Below the pieces are notes generated by a model, which had not been told where the DNA came from, ran no database searches, and saw only the letters and a list, made by a program, of their open reading frames with translations. Positions 1 to 7,077 of a stretch of 64,000 bases of DNA are shown one piece after another. Each line of letters opens with the position of its first letter. Position 1 is the first letter of the stretch. The stretch is from Hyphomonadaceae bacterium (lineage in GTDB: Bacteria > Pseudomonadota > Alphaproteobacteria > Caulobacterales > Aquidulcibacteraceae). The translations under genes were made by a program, and so were the position numbers. The DNA is taken from positions 118,326 through 182,325 of the forward strand of contig WRPI01000007.1 in NCBI GenBank assembly GCA_009773395.1. Reading direction: 5' to 3'.

Positions 1-766
1 GAAGTTTCGCGCTTTCAGTTGCCAAATCTGCATCAACCATGGAGCCAATGCCGCCAGTGATCGCATCTTGCAATTTTGACACAAAAATATTGTGGCTTTC
101 AAGCCGTTTAGAACTTGCGCCCATGCGCGAAAGCTCGGAGTTTACATATTCCAACGAAGCTACCACTCGGTCACGTGCCGTTGCCGCTAACGCTGCTGTG
201 CTTAAATCGTCTGTGGTACCCAAATAAACATCAACGGCCGGACTTGCGACCGCAGTCCCCGCACCAGTTACCAAGCGCAAATCCAAAGTTGGCAAAACGA
301 TTGTTTGAGTGCCAGTTGTATTGGCCATAAAGGTCAAATTCGCGCCGCCACCAATAACATTTGCGCCATCAAAAACCGCATTGGCAATCACTGATGCGAC
401 TTGATCGCGCAAAGCTGTGAATTCCGAATTATATGCTGCACGGCTGGTCGCTGAGATTGAAGTGTCTGACGCTGCAAGTGCTTTTTCGCGCATCTGTGTA
501 AAAATATCGGAAATTGTTTCCCCCGCCGCTAAAGCAACATCGGCAATACCTTTTGCGCGATCAAGACCAACTCTTACCGCATCATAAGCCGCATGTTCGG
601 ACCTTTGTTGCTGTGCAATATTATACACTGCGCCATTGTCGCGTGCATTTGCGACTTTAAGGCCGGTATTAATTCTGCCTTGAACGGTGTCCAACATGCG
701 AGTTGTTGCGTTGAGATTCTGTAGCGCCGACATTGCGCCCATATTGGTTTGTAAACTTGTGCCCAT
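1..766 (-). CDS. Flagellin (3' end truncated by window edge); divergent paralog
   Basis: Absent from the ORF track because it has no stop inside the window. Manual translation from ATG at 766: MGTSLQTNMGAMSALQNLNATTRMLDTVQGRINTGLKVANARDNGAVY...KLQDAITGGIGSMVDADLATESAKL, with flagellin N- and C-terminal signatures. RBS-like AGGGG upstream. Confidence 0.93.
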   Translation of the reverse strand, partial: MGTSLQTNMGAMSALQNLNATTRMLDTVQGRINTGLKVANARDNGAVYNIAQQQRSEHAAYDAVRVGLDRAKGIADVALAAGETISDIFTQMREKALAASDTSISATSRAAYNSEFTALRDQVASVIANAVFDGANVIGGGANLTFMANTTGTQTIVLPTLDLRLVTGAGTAVASPAVDVYLGTTDDLSTAALAATARDRVVASLEYVNSELSRMGASSKRLESHNIFVSKLQDAITGGIGSMVDADLATESAKL

Positions 767-844
767 TTTGTGCCCCTATTAACTTCTTAAAGCTCGTTGT
801 CGCGGCTAGTGGAATTGGTTTTCCGCGCATCGTGAATTATTAAG

Positions 845-860
845 AGCAATCGCTGTGCCA
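845..860 (-). promoter_or_regulatory. sigma54 (-24/-12) promoter of flagellin 1
   Basis: Minus strand TGGCAC-AGCGA-TTGCT matches TGGCAC-N5-TTGCW. Confidence 0.85.
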
Positions 861-904
861 ACTTGGGGCAATCGTAATTGTTTGATTTTATTATGATTTT
901 TATA

Positions 905-920
905 TTTACTTAGCAGTAAC
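905..920. promoter_or_regulatory. CtrA-box-like site, flagellin 1
   Basis: TTTA-CTTAGCA-GTAAC versus TTAA-N7-TTAAC (2 mismatches); same offset from the sigma54 site as in the other two flagellin promoters. Confidence 0.4.
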
Positions 921-934
921 CTAATTTCAAACAT

Positions 935-979
935 GGTAAATGCTGCCGCATACATGGTAAAATGGGCAATGTTTGCCCA
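935..979. promoter_or_regulatory. ftr-like (FlbD enhancer) elements, flagellin 1
   Basis: GGTAAATGCTGCCG at 935 and inverted repeat TGGGCAA-TGT-TTGCCCA at 963-979, about 90-130 bp upstream of the sigma54 site. Confidence 0.55.
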
Positions 980-994
980 GTTTCTAGGGACCTG

Positions 995-1031
995 AAAACA
1001 AAAACGCGACCGAAGTTTCCCCCGGTCGCGT
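995..1031 (-). terminator. Rho-independent terminator after flaG
   Basis: Stem ACGCGACCG/CGGTCGCGT (1004-1012/1023-1031), followed on the minus strand by a U-rich tract. Confidence 0.8.
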
Positions 1032-1061
1032 CCTATTTTTCAAAGTCATTATCTGCGCAAA

Positions 1062-1454
1062 TCATGCACTTTCATCAAGCATTAGACCCCTTGCGTCAAC
1101 ATCCTGCATTGCTGCTAATTCTGACACAATCTCCTCATGGGGCCACACTCTTGTGACTTCTCCAGTTTCTTTATTGATAGATTTGTAGATAAAGCCAGCT
1201 CCATTGGGGTTTTTTTCAATTACCAATGAAGTGTTATTGCCTGCTAATCTATCTGCCAATGCGTCCAATTTTTCTTGTTTGGGCGTATTGGATATATTGT
1301 CGGTCTTCACAGCGTCTCGCGAGTTTGATCCCGCTGATGTGTCTCTTGAAGCCTCTGGCGCCGCCTTTACTATCTGAACTTTTGGTACAGCAGCAGGTGA
1401 CACCTTGGCCAATTCGGACGGCGCGGTGAAAGAGAAATTTGGTTCTATTTTCAT
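1062..1454 (-). CDS. flaG: FlaG-family flagellar protein
   Basis: 130 aa directly downstream of a flagellin; low-complexity N-terminus and FlaG-like C-terminus (SLVIEKNPNGAGFIYKSINKETGEVTRVWPHEEIV). Confidence 0.7.
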   Translation of the reverse strand: MKIEPNFSFTAPSELAKVSPAAVPKVQIVKAAPEASRDTSAGSNSRDAVKTDNISNTPKQEKLDALADRLAGNNTSLVIEKNPNGAGFIYKSINKETGEVTRVWPHEEIVSELAAMQDVDARGLMLDESA

Positions 1455-1551
1455 CCGTTCCTGTTCAGCTTTTTGGGCTGAACCCTCCTTTGGCCCTTAA
1501 CCCGTGTTGTCATTTTGCGTGGGCTAGGTTTTAACCCACGCATATTCGCGA

Positions 1552-2376
1552 TTAACGGAACAATGACAATGCGGTTTGAGCCGATTGGTTAGCAATCGAA
1601 AGCGCTTGAACGCCCAATTGTTGTTTAACTTGAAGTGCTTGTAGTTTTGCACTTTCTTTCGACAAATCTGCATCAGTCATCGCACCGATACCAGAATTAA
1701 GAGCGTCTTGAAGCTTGCTCACAAATGCCTTGTGAACGTCAATGCGCTTTGCGCCTGCGCCCCAAGTGGCCAATTGTGTGCCGAGGTTGGTGATTGAAGA
1801 ATTTACCAAGCCCAATGCAGTTGCTGAAGTTGTAGCGTCAGTTAGAACCGAAGCAGCAGCAACAGTTACAATCGCACCGCCCAACGAAAGGTTAGCACCC
1901 GAAACAGTGATAGTGTTACCGCCAGCTGAATCACCCAATGCCAGTGCGTTGGCAGGCGAAGCACCGACCATATTTGCACCATCAAATGAAGCGTTAGCAA
2001 TGATTGAAGTTACTTGGTCACGCATTTGTGCAAAGTCAGCAGCCAAAGCAGCTTGAGCCGAAGCTGACAAGCCAGCTTGCGAGCCAGCCAAAGCTTTGCC
2101 CTTCATTTCGTTCAACAATTCCATGATGGATTCGCCAGCAGCAATTGCAGTGTCAACCAAAGCAGAAGCACGTTCGGCTGATTCACCAACGCGGTCATAT
2201 GCTACGACATCTGAACGCATTTTATTGGCAATTGCCCAAATAGCGCCATTGTCTTTTGCGCTTGATACTTTTAGGCCAGTAGATACTCGATTTTGTGTAA
2301 CTTGAAGTTCACGATCGGTTTTGGTTAGAGTTTGAAGTGCAACCATTGCACCATGATTTGTGTTTACGCTGATCAT
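1552..2376 (-). CDS. Flagellin (FljK/FljM-type, 274 aa)
   Basis: SVNTN...STGLKVSSAKDNGAIWAIA and DADLSKESAKLQALQVKQQLGVQALSIANQ...LSLFR signatures. Confidence 0.97.
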   Translation of the reverse strand: MISVNTNHGAMVALQTLTKTDRELQVTQNRVSTGLKVSSAKDNGAIWAIANKMRSDVVAYDRVGESAERASALVDTAIAAGESIMELLNEMKGKALAGSQAGLSASAQAALAADFAQMRDQVTSIIANASFDGANMVGASPANALALGDSAGGNTITVSGANLSLGGAIVTVAAASVLTDATTSATALGLVNSSITNLGTQLATWGAGAKRIDVHKAFVSKLQDALNSGIGAMTDADLSKESAKLQALQVKQQLGVQALSIANQSAQTALSLFR

Positions 2377-2450
2377 ATTCTTGATCCTCTATTTTCTATG
2401 TTGAACCACATTCTTGTGGCACAGGTCATTTTTTGACCCGTTTAGTTAGT

Positions 2451-2466
2451 TGCAATCGGCGTGCCA
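2451..2466 (-). promoter_or_regulatory. sigma54 promoter of flagellin 2
   Basis: Minus strand TGGCAC-GCCGA-TTGCA, a perfect consensus match. Confidence 0.88.
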
Positions 2467-2510
2467 GTTGGCCGAAGCTAACTCCTTATGTTTATTAAGT
2501 TTTTTCTTAG

Positions 2511-2526
2511 TTACTGGCTGGTTAAC
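2511..2526. promoter_or_regulatory. CtrA-box-like site, flagellin 2
   Basis: TTAC-TGGCTGG-TTAAC, 1 mismatch to TTAA-N7-TTAAC. Confidence 0.5.
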
Positions 2527-2540
2527 GGATTTTCGGATTA

Positions 2541-2595
2541 GGCAATTCCTGCCGAGTTTGCGGAAATTTTTGCCTAGTGCTAGGCAGAAATTGGT
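2541..2595. promoter_or_regulatory. ftr-like enhancer elements, flagellin 2
   Basis: GGCAATTCCTGCCG (2541), GGAAATTTTTGCC (2562) and GGCAGAAATT (2583), spaced about 21 bp apart. Confidence 0.55.
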
Positions 2596-2630
2596 AGTGG
2601 TAGCAAAACTATCCGCCAGCTCCATCTCCA

Positions 2631-2714
2631 GTCATCCCCGATTTACCACTTGTCATCCCCGATTTATTCGGGGATCTCATGCCGCACAAGATTCTTCGAC
2701 AAGGCGGGAATGAC
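2631..2714. repeat. GTCAT-tagged palindromic repeat cluster (half unit + head-to-head doublet)
   Basis: TGTCAT-CCCCGA-TTTAT-TCGGGG-ATCTC, spacer ATGCCGCAC, then inverted degenerate unit AAGATTCTTCGACAAGGCGGGAATGAC. Confidence 0.9.
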
Positions 2715-2742
2715 TGCTCCTTTTGATTGACCAGCAAGTAAA

Positions 2743-2757
2743 GAACATATAGAGAAC
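2743..2757 (+). promoter_or_regulatory. Alphaproteobacterial LexA (SOS) box upstream of the GIY-YIG gene
   Basis: GAAC-ATATAGA-GAAC = GAAC-N7-GAAC, 25 bp upstream of the ATG and just downstream of a TTGACC -35-like hexamer (2728-2733). Confidence 0.75.
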
Positions 2758-2781
2758 ATCAATACTTTTTGGCAACTCACT

Positions 2782-3144
2782 ATGAAATTCGATTACAGCG
2801 AACATTGTTATTTTGTATATCTGATGACCAATCGGCCACGAGGAGTTTTTTATGTTGGCGTGACTAGCGATCTCATAGGAAGAATTTGGAAACATCGTTC
2901 GCATGCTTTCAGAAAATCATTTACCGACAAATACAATCTTGAACGATTAGTTTGGTATGAGCCACATGGAGACGTGACTGGTGCAATTCATCGCGAAAAG
3001 CAAATTAAGCGATGGATTAGGGATTGGAAAATAAATCTTGTAGAGATTGATAATCCAACTTGGCACGACCTATGGGGCGAGATTACGAGCAATCAGCTTT
3101 ATGTTGGGAAAGACTATTCTGACTTCGAGTTTCATTTAGAATAA
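2782..3144 (+). CDS. Small standalone GIY-YIG nuclease
   Basis: YFVYLMTN...FYVGVTSDLIGRIWKH...TDKYNLERLVWYE...AIHREKQIKRWIRDWKINLVEIDNPTWHDL; GIY-YIG-type tyrosines plus catalytic Arg and Glu are present. Confidence 0.93.
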   Translation: MKFDYSEHCYFVYLMTNRPRGVFYVGVTSDLIGRIWKHRSHAFRKSFTDKYNLERLVWYEPHGDVTGAIHREKQIKRWIRDWKINLVEIDNPTWHDLWGEITSNQLYVGKDYSDFEFHLE

Positions 3145-3147
3145 TTT

Positions 3148-3234
3148 TGTCGTCCCGCATTTGTTGCGCGATCTCAAACCCCACGAGATCCCCGAATAAA
3201 TCGGGGATGACAGTGTGGTAAATCACGGATGACA
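3148..3234. repeat. GTCAT-tagged palindromic repeat cluster (doublet + half unit)
   Basis: TGTCGTCCCGCATTTGTTGCGCGATCTC, 9-nt spacer AAACCCCAC, GAGATCCCCGAATAAATCGGGGATGACA, then GTGTGGTAAATCACGGATGACA. Confidence 0.9.
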
Positions 3235-3282
3235 TGGGGTATTGAGTCGGGGAAGACAGAGACTAAAAAACTGCCCCAAACC

Positions 3283-3314
3283 AAAAAAAAGGCCCGAAGT
3301 TTCCTTCGGGCCTT
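3283..3314 (-). terminator. Rho-independent terminator after flagellin 3
   Basis: Perfect 11-bp stem AAGGCCCGAAG/CTTCGGGCCTT with a GAAA loop on the minus strand and a long U-tract. Confidence 0.9.
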
Positions 3315-3333
3315 AGCTTTGGAGTTCAAAATA

Positions 3334-4158
3334 TTATCTGAACAATGACAATGCGGTTTGCGCTGATTGGTTAGCAATTGAAAGCGCTTGAACGCCCAAT
3401 TGTTGTTTAACTTGCAACGCTTGCAATTTAGCACTTTCTTTCGATAAATCAGCATCAGTCATTGAGCCAATCCCTGAATTAAGCGCGTCTTGCAATTTGC
3501 CTACAAAAGTTTTGTGAGCATCTAAACGCTTCGCACCAGCACCCCAGGTAGCCAATTGGGTTCCCAGATTAGTGATTGAAGCATTCACAAGACCCAAAGC
3601 GGTCGTAGCATTTGCCGCACTCGCAACGTCGGAAGCCGCAGCAACAGTAACAACTGCGCCACCCAATGAAAGGTTCACACCAGTCACTGTAATGGAGTTA
3701 CCGCCAGCAGCATCACCAAGTGACACGGCGTTGGCAACAGCAGCGCTGACCATATTTGCACCGTCAAACGAAGCATTTGCGATGATTGAAGTTACTTGGT
3801 CACGCATTTGAACGAAGTCAGCATTAAGTGCTGATTGTGCAGAAGCCGAAAGGCCCGCTTGTGACGCAGCCAAAGCTTTGCCTTTCATTTCATTAAGCAA
3901 TTCCATAATGGATTCACCCGCTGCGAGACCAGTATCAACCAAAGCGGTTGCACGTTCATTGGATTCAATAACGCGGTCATATGCCATGACGTCTGATTTC
4001 ATTTTGTTGGCAATCGCCCAGATCGCCCCATTGTCCTTTGCTGACGAAACCTTTAGGCCAGTCGATACACGGTTTTGAGTAATCGAAAGGTCACGGTCGG
4101 TTTTGGCTAAAGTTTGAAGTGCAACCATTGCACCTTGATTTGTGTTTACGCTGATCAT
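3334..4158 (-). CDS. Flagellin (274 aa), close paralog of 1552-2376
   Basis: Same signatures as flagellin 2. Start moved to ATG 4158 (MISVNTN) because GGAG lies upstream and the length then equals the paralog. Confidence 0.97.
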   Translation of the reverse strand: MISVNTNQGAMVALQTLAKTDRDLSITQNRVSTGLKVSSAKDNGAIWAIANKMKSDVMAYDRVIESNERATALVDTGLAAGESIMELLNEMKGKALAASQAGLSASAQSALNADFVQMRDQVTSIIANASFDGANMVSAAVANAVSLGDAAGGNSITVTGVNLSLGGAVVTVAAASDVASAANATTALGLVNASITNLGTQLATWGAGAKRLDAHKTFVGKLQDALNSGIGSMTDADLSKESAKLQALQVKQQLGVQALSIANQSAQTALSLFR

Positions 4159-4230
4159 TTCGTCGATCTCCATCTATTTAAGGTGGTAGTGCATTTTGCA
4201 CCACAAGCCATTTTGACTCGAGTATTTGGT

Positions 4231-4246
4231 TGCAAATGACATGCCA
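4231..4246 (-). promoter_or_regulatory. sigma54 promoter of flagellin 3
   Basis: Minus strand TGGCAT-GTCAT-TTGCA. Confidence 0.85.
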
Positions 4247-4290
4247 CTTTGATTGAACTAAGCCATTATGTTTATTAAGTATTTTCTTGG

Positions 4291-4306
4291 TTTATGCTTG
4301 GTTAAC
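4291..4306. promoter_or_regulatory. CtrA-box-like site, flagellin 3
   Basis: TTTA-TGCTTGG-TTAAC, 1 mismatch to consensus. Confidence 0.5.
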
Positions 4307-4320
4307 AAGTGTTTTTGCTA

Positions 4321-4377
4321 GGCAAGAGCGCACTAGAGATGGGCAAAAAATGCACGCTGACTCGGCAATATTTGCCG
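4321..4377. promoter_or_regulatory. ftr-like enhancer elements, flagellin 3
   Basis: GGCAAGAG (4321), GGCAAAAAATGC (4342) and perfect inverted CGGCAA-TAT-TTGCCG (4363-4377). Confidence 0.65.
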
Positions 4378-4431
4378 CAACCTTGAGTTATGTGAGTTAT
4401 TACCCGAAAGTAACCGCGGGCTAAAAAATGC

Positions 4432-4459
4432 AAAAAAGCCCGCCAAAAATGACGGGCTT
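4432..4459 (-). terminator. Rho-independent terminator after flaF
   Basis: Stem AAGCCCG/CGGGCTT followed by a U-tract on the minus strand. Confidence 0.7.
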
Positions 4460-4484
4460 GGTTATTCAAAACAGGTAATTTGGT

Positions 4485-4862
4485 TCAAAGCTGTTGCGCG
4501 GCCTGCAATTCTATTTGCCCAGCAAGGCCTTGCATAATTGAGCGATTAATATCGATCAAAGCCTCAATGTCTTCGCCGCTTTGCATGACCGTAGATGTAT
4601 ATTTGCCTACAAAAATCGACAAAGAAATAATGCTCGCGCGCAATTGATCAGGAAGGCCATTATTATCATCGGCGCAATCACCGGCCATAAAGGTCCAAAC
4701 CCGCCGATTCCAGTCGAGCGCGTCCATACGTTTGCCAATTTCAGTTTTCGGCAGCTCTGCGACGTCCATTAACGCGCGGGTTACACATGAAAATAACCGA
4801 TATTCGGTTTCACGCGGCGTTTCTACCCGCTTTTGAACTGTCTGATACGCGCTGAGACCCAT
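4485..4862 (-). CDS. flaF: Flagellar biosynthesis regulator FlaF
   Basis: [20 protein letters not shown]...ALDWNRRVW...[18 protein letters not shown]...[12 protein letters not shown]; adjacent to flbT. Confidence 0.95.
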   Translation of the reverse strand: MGLSAYQTVQKRVETPRETEYRLFSCVTRALMDVAELPKTEIGKRMDALDWNRRVWTFMAGDCADDNNGLPDQLRASIISLSIFVGKYTSTVMQSGEDIEALIDINRSIMQGLAGQIELQAAQQL

Positions 4863-5247
4863 TGCTTAACCTTTCGGATTCAAATTCCATCAATTTACGG
4901 CACCGCGAAAGCGCCTTGTAATATTCGCCCGACATGACGTCCCGTGAGATGGTTACACAATCTTCCAGCGCCTGGACATGGGTAACAACGCTCATGAATT
5001 CAGTCATACGAAGCGCAAACTCATTGTATATTTCGGCGGTGTCGGCACCTGCTAAATACATCATCATAACTGGGAAATAGATACGCCGCGCTGGCGTATT
5101 TGCATCCTCAGCTTGCATAATGTCTTTTTCACGCAAAACCGATGCTTTATTTTGCAGCAACATAGTTGTGCGGCGATCGCCGTTTTGAATAACGGCACCA
5201 TTGAGGACGATTTTCTCATTTGGTTTCAATGATAGCTTTAATGGCAT
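4810..5247 (-). CDS. flbT: Flagellin translational regulator FlbT
   Basis: [26 protein letters not shown]...LREKDIM...[15 protein letters not shown]...YYKAL. Confidence 0.95.
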   Translation of the reverse strand: MPLKLSLKPNEKIVLNGAVIQNGDRRTTMLLQNKASVLREKDIMQAEDANTPARRIYFPVMMMYLAGADTAEIYNEFALRMTEFMSVVTHVQALEDCVTISRDVMSGEYYKALSRCRKLMEFESERLSNGSQRVSDSSKAGRNAA

Positions 5248-5475
5248 TTTCTTGCTCCATTTGCTCGCCGTTTGGCATCACTTCGCACGAAATATGAGTG
5301 ATACTAAGGCAGGCTCAATTAGAAACCTTAAATCAACGTGGTTAATAAATTACTTTGCAGCAGTAAGGTTATGCACAAATCACAGTTACTTATAGTTGCA
5401 GGACGTAAAATGCCACTTGAACTTTTCTTCATACAGCTATAGCGAATTATTCGAATATTTTGACAAGGAATAATT

Positions 5476-6324
5476 ATGCGCTTTACGGGCACGGAAAATT
5501 ATGTCGCAACTGAAGATTTGAACGTGGCGGTAAATGCCGCGATTGCCTTAGAAAGGCCATTGCTGATTAAGGGCGAGCCGGGCACTGGCAAAACCGTATT
5601 GGCTATTGAAGTTGCGAAATCCTTGAACATGCCGCTTATCGAATGGCATATTAAATCCACCACAAAGGCGGTTCAGGGCCTTTATGAATATGATGCAGTG
5701 TCGCGTTTGCGTGACAGCCAATTGGGCGATGCGCGGGTGCAAGACGTTAAAAACTACATAAGGCGTGGCAAATTATGGGAAGCATTTACAGCCCCTTCCA
5801 AATGCGTGTTATTGATAGATGAAATCGACAAAGCCGATATTGAATTCCCCAATGACCTTTTGCAAGAACTCGATAGAATGGAATTCTTTGTTTATGAAAC
5901 GGGCGAAACCATAAAAGCGCAAAATCGGCCAATTGTAATCATAACTTCAAACAATGAAAAAGAGCTGCCAGATGCATTTTTGCGGCGTTGCTTTTTCCAT
6001 TTTATCCGCTTTCCTGATGAAGATACCATGAAAGCAATTATCGAAGTGCATTTTCCTGCTATTAAAAAGCGCTTGGTTAATAACGCACTCACGAGTTTCT
6101 ATGAAATGCGCGCAGTCACTGGGCTTAAAAAGAAGCCATCTACTTCGGAATTATTGGATTGGCTGAAATTATTATTGGTCGATGATATTGATCTTGAAGC
6201 AGTTCGCCAAAAGGATCCCAATAAGCTAATCCCACCGCTTTATGGCGCGCTGTTGAAAAACGAACAAGATGTGCAATTGTTTGAACGCTTGGCATTTTTG
6301 GCACGGCGGGAAATGCGCACTTAG
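5476..6324 (+). CDS. MoxR-family AAA+ ATPase
   Basis: Walker A GEPGTGKT, Walker B VLLIDEIDKAD, FPNDLL, ITSNNEKELPDAFLRRC. Confidence 0.92.
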   Translation: MRFTGTENYVATEDLNVAVNAAIALERPLLIKGEPGTGKTVLAIEVAKSLNMPLIEWHIKSTTKAVQGLYEYDAVSRLRDSQLGDARVQDVKNYIRRGKLWEAFTAPSKCVLLIDEIDKADIEFPNDLLQELDRMEFFVYETGETIKAQNRPIVIITSNNEKELPDAFLRRCFFHFIRFPDEDTMKAIIEVHFPAIKKRLVNNALTSFYEMRAVTGLKKKPSTSELLDWLKLLLVDDIDLEAVRQKDPNKLIPPLYGALLKNEQDVQLFERLAFLARREMRT

Positions 6325-6330
6325 TCAATT

Positions 6331-6421
6331 CAAGTCTCCACCCTCGCCCTTCGGGCTCACTCGGAGACTTGGTTCAAAGTGGAAAAGAATTTACGAAAAG
6401 CGTGGTTTTCGAAAATTCTTT
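6331..6421. repeat. Two adjacent hairpins between convergent moxR and gcrA
   Basis: CAAGTCTCC...GGAGACTTG enclosing GCCC-TTCG-GGC (6331-6371); AAAGAATTT...AAATTCTTT (6384-6421). Confidence 0.6.
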
Positions 6422-6461
6422 GCATTTCTCTTTGGCTCGTTACACTCGCGATTAGAGGCCA

Positions 6462-7010
6462 TTACACCGCTTTTCTGACAGCACTATTTTGTGGTGCAAC
6501 TGACGCCTGCCCGCCGCCGCGTTTTGCGCTGGCGGGTTGATAGGCTACTGCGCCATGTTCAGCGCAATATGGCCATGAACCATGGGCTTTTGCGCCACAA
6601 AAGCCAAAATCGGCATCGGTAGGGTCACCAATTGGCCATTTGCACATGGTTGGCGTTAATTCCAACACGCTAATCAAAGAGCCATTTTCTTTGCGTTTTG
6701 GCTCAATTTTATTGATTGGTTGCTGGTATATTGGGCGAGCGGTTTGCAGAATCGGTTTGGTGAGTTCTTCGCCCAAGTCTTTTTCAACTTCCAAAGATGG
6801 CGAACTTACCGCAGCAATAACCGGCCTTGGGCGGGCAACTCTTTTTATGGGCCGAAATGGCGTTGCGCGCCCCGCAAGCCCAAGACGGTGAACTTTTCCA
6901 ATAACTGCATTACGAGTTACGCCGCCCAATTGTTTCGCGATTTGACTTGCCGACAAACCATCAATCCACAATTTTTTGAGTATTTCTACCCTTTCGTCTG
7001 TCCAACTCAT
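6462..7010 (-). CDS. gcrA: Cell-cycle regulator GcrA
   Basis: MSWTDERVEILKKLWIDGLSASQIAKQLGGVTRNAVIGKVHRLGL; C-terminal CKWPIGDP...FCG...YCAEH; divergent from argD as usual. Confidence 0.97.
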   Translation of the reverse strand: MSWTDERVEILKKLWIDGLSASQIAKQLGGVTRNAVIGKVHRLGLAGRATPFRPIKRVARPRPVIAAVSSPSLEVEKDLGEELTKPILQTARPIYQQPINKIEPKRKENGSLISVLELTPTMCKWPIGDPTDADFGFCGAKAHGSWPYCAEHGAVAYQPASAKRGGGQASVAPQNSAVRKAV

Positions 7011-7077
7011 AATTTTCCCCTATATCTTGTGTCGTGTTAGGCTAAGGCGCAAATGCAGCCGCAAAGCCATTCTAGAC

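Larger units (their letters stand above)
2631..3233. mobile_element. Candidate REP-associated element: GIY-YIG nuclease gene bracketed by ~48 bp inverted repeats built of palindromic units
   Basis: Left 2631-2678 (GTCATCCCCGATTTACCAC-T-TGTCATCCCCGATTTATTCGGGGATCTC) and right 3185-3233 are reverse complements; the 28-bp core 2651-2678 and 3185-3212 is a perfect inverted copy. Inner degenerate units at 2688-2714 and 3148-3175. No target-site duplication seen. Confidence 0.7.

Noticed and set aside
39-330. Short plus-strand ORFs 39-227 and 115-330 from the ORF track
   Set aside because: They are antisense to the edge-truncated flagellin at 1-766, which is the real gene.
2631-3233. Classical IS element or homing endonuclease in an intron
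   Set aside because: No DDE, HUH or serine transposase motifs, no target-site duplication, and the gene is intergenic rather than inside a host gene or intron.
2631-3234. CRISPR array interpretation of the 28-bp palindromic repeats
   Set aside because: Units alternate in orientation, are separated by 9 nt or by a whole gene, have no unique 30-40 nt spacers, and no cas genes are present.
5248-5475. sigma54 promoter for flbT-flaF
   Set aside because: TGGCATCACTTCGCA has GG-N9-GC spacing and is on the wrong strand; no correct -24/-12 site found.
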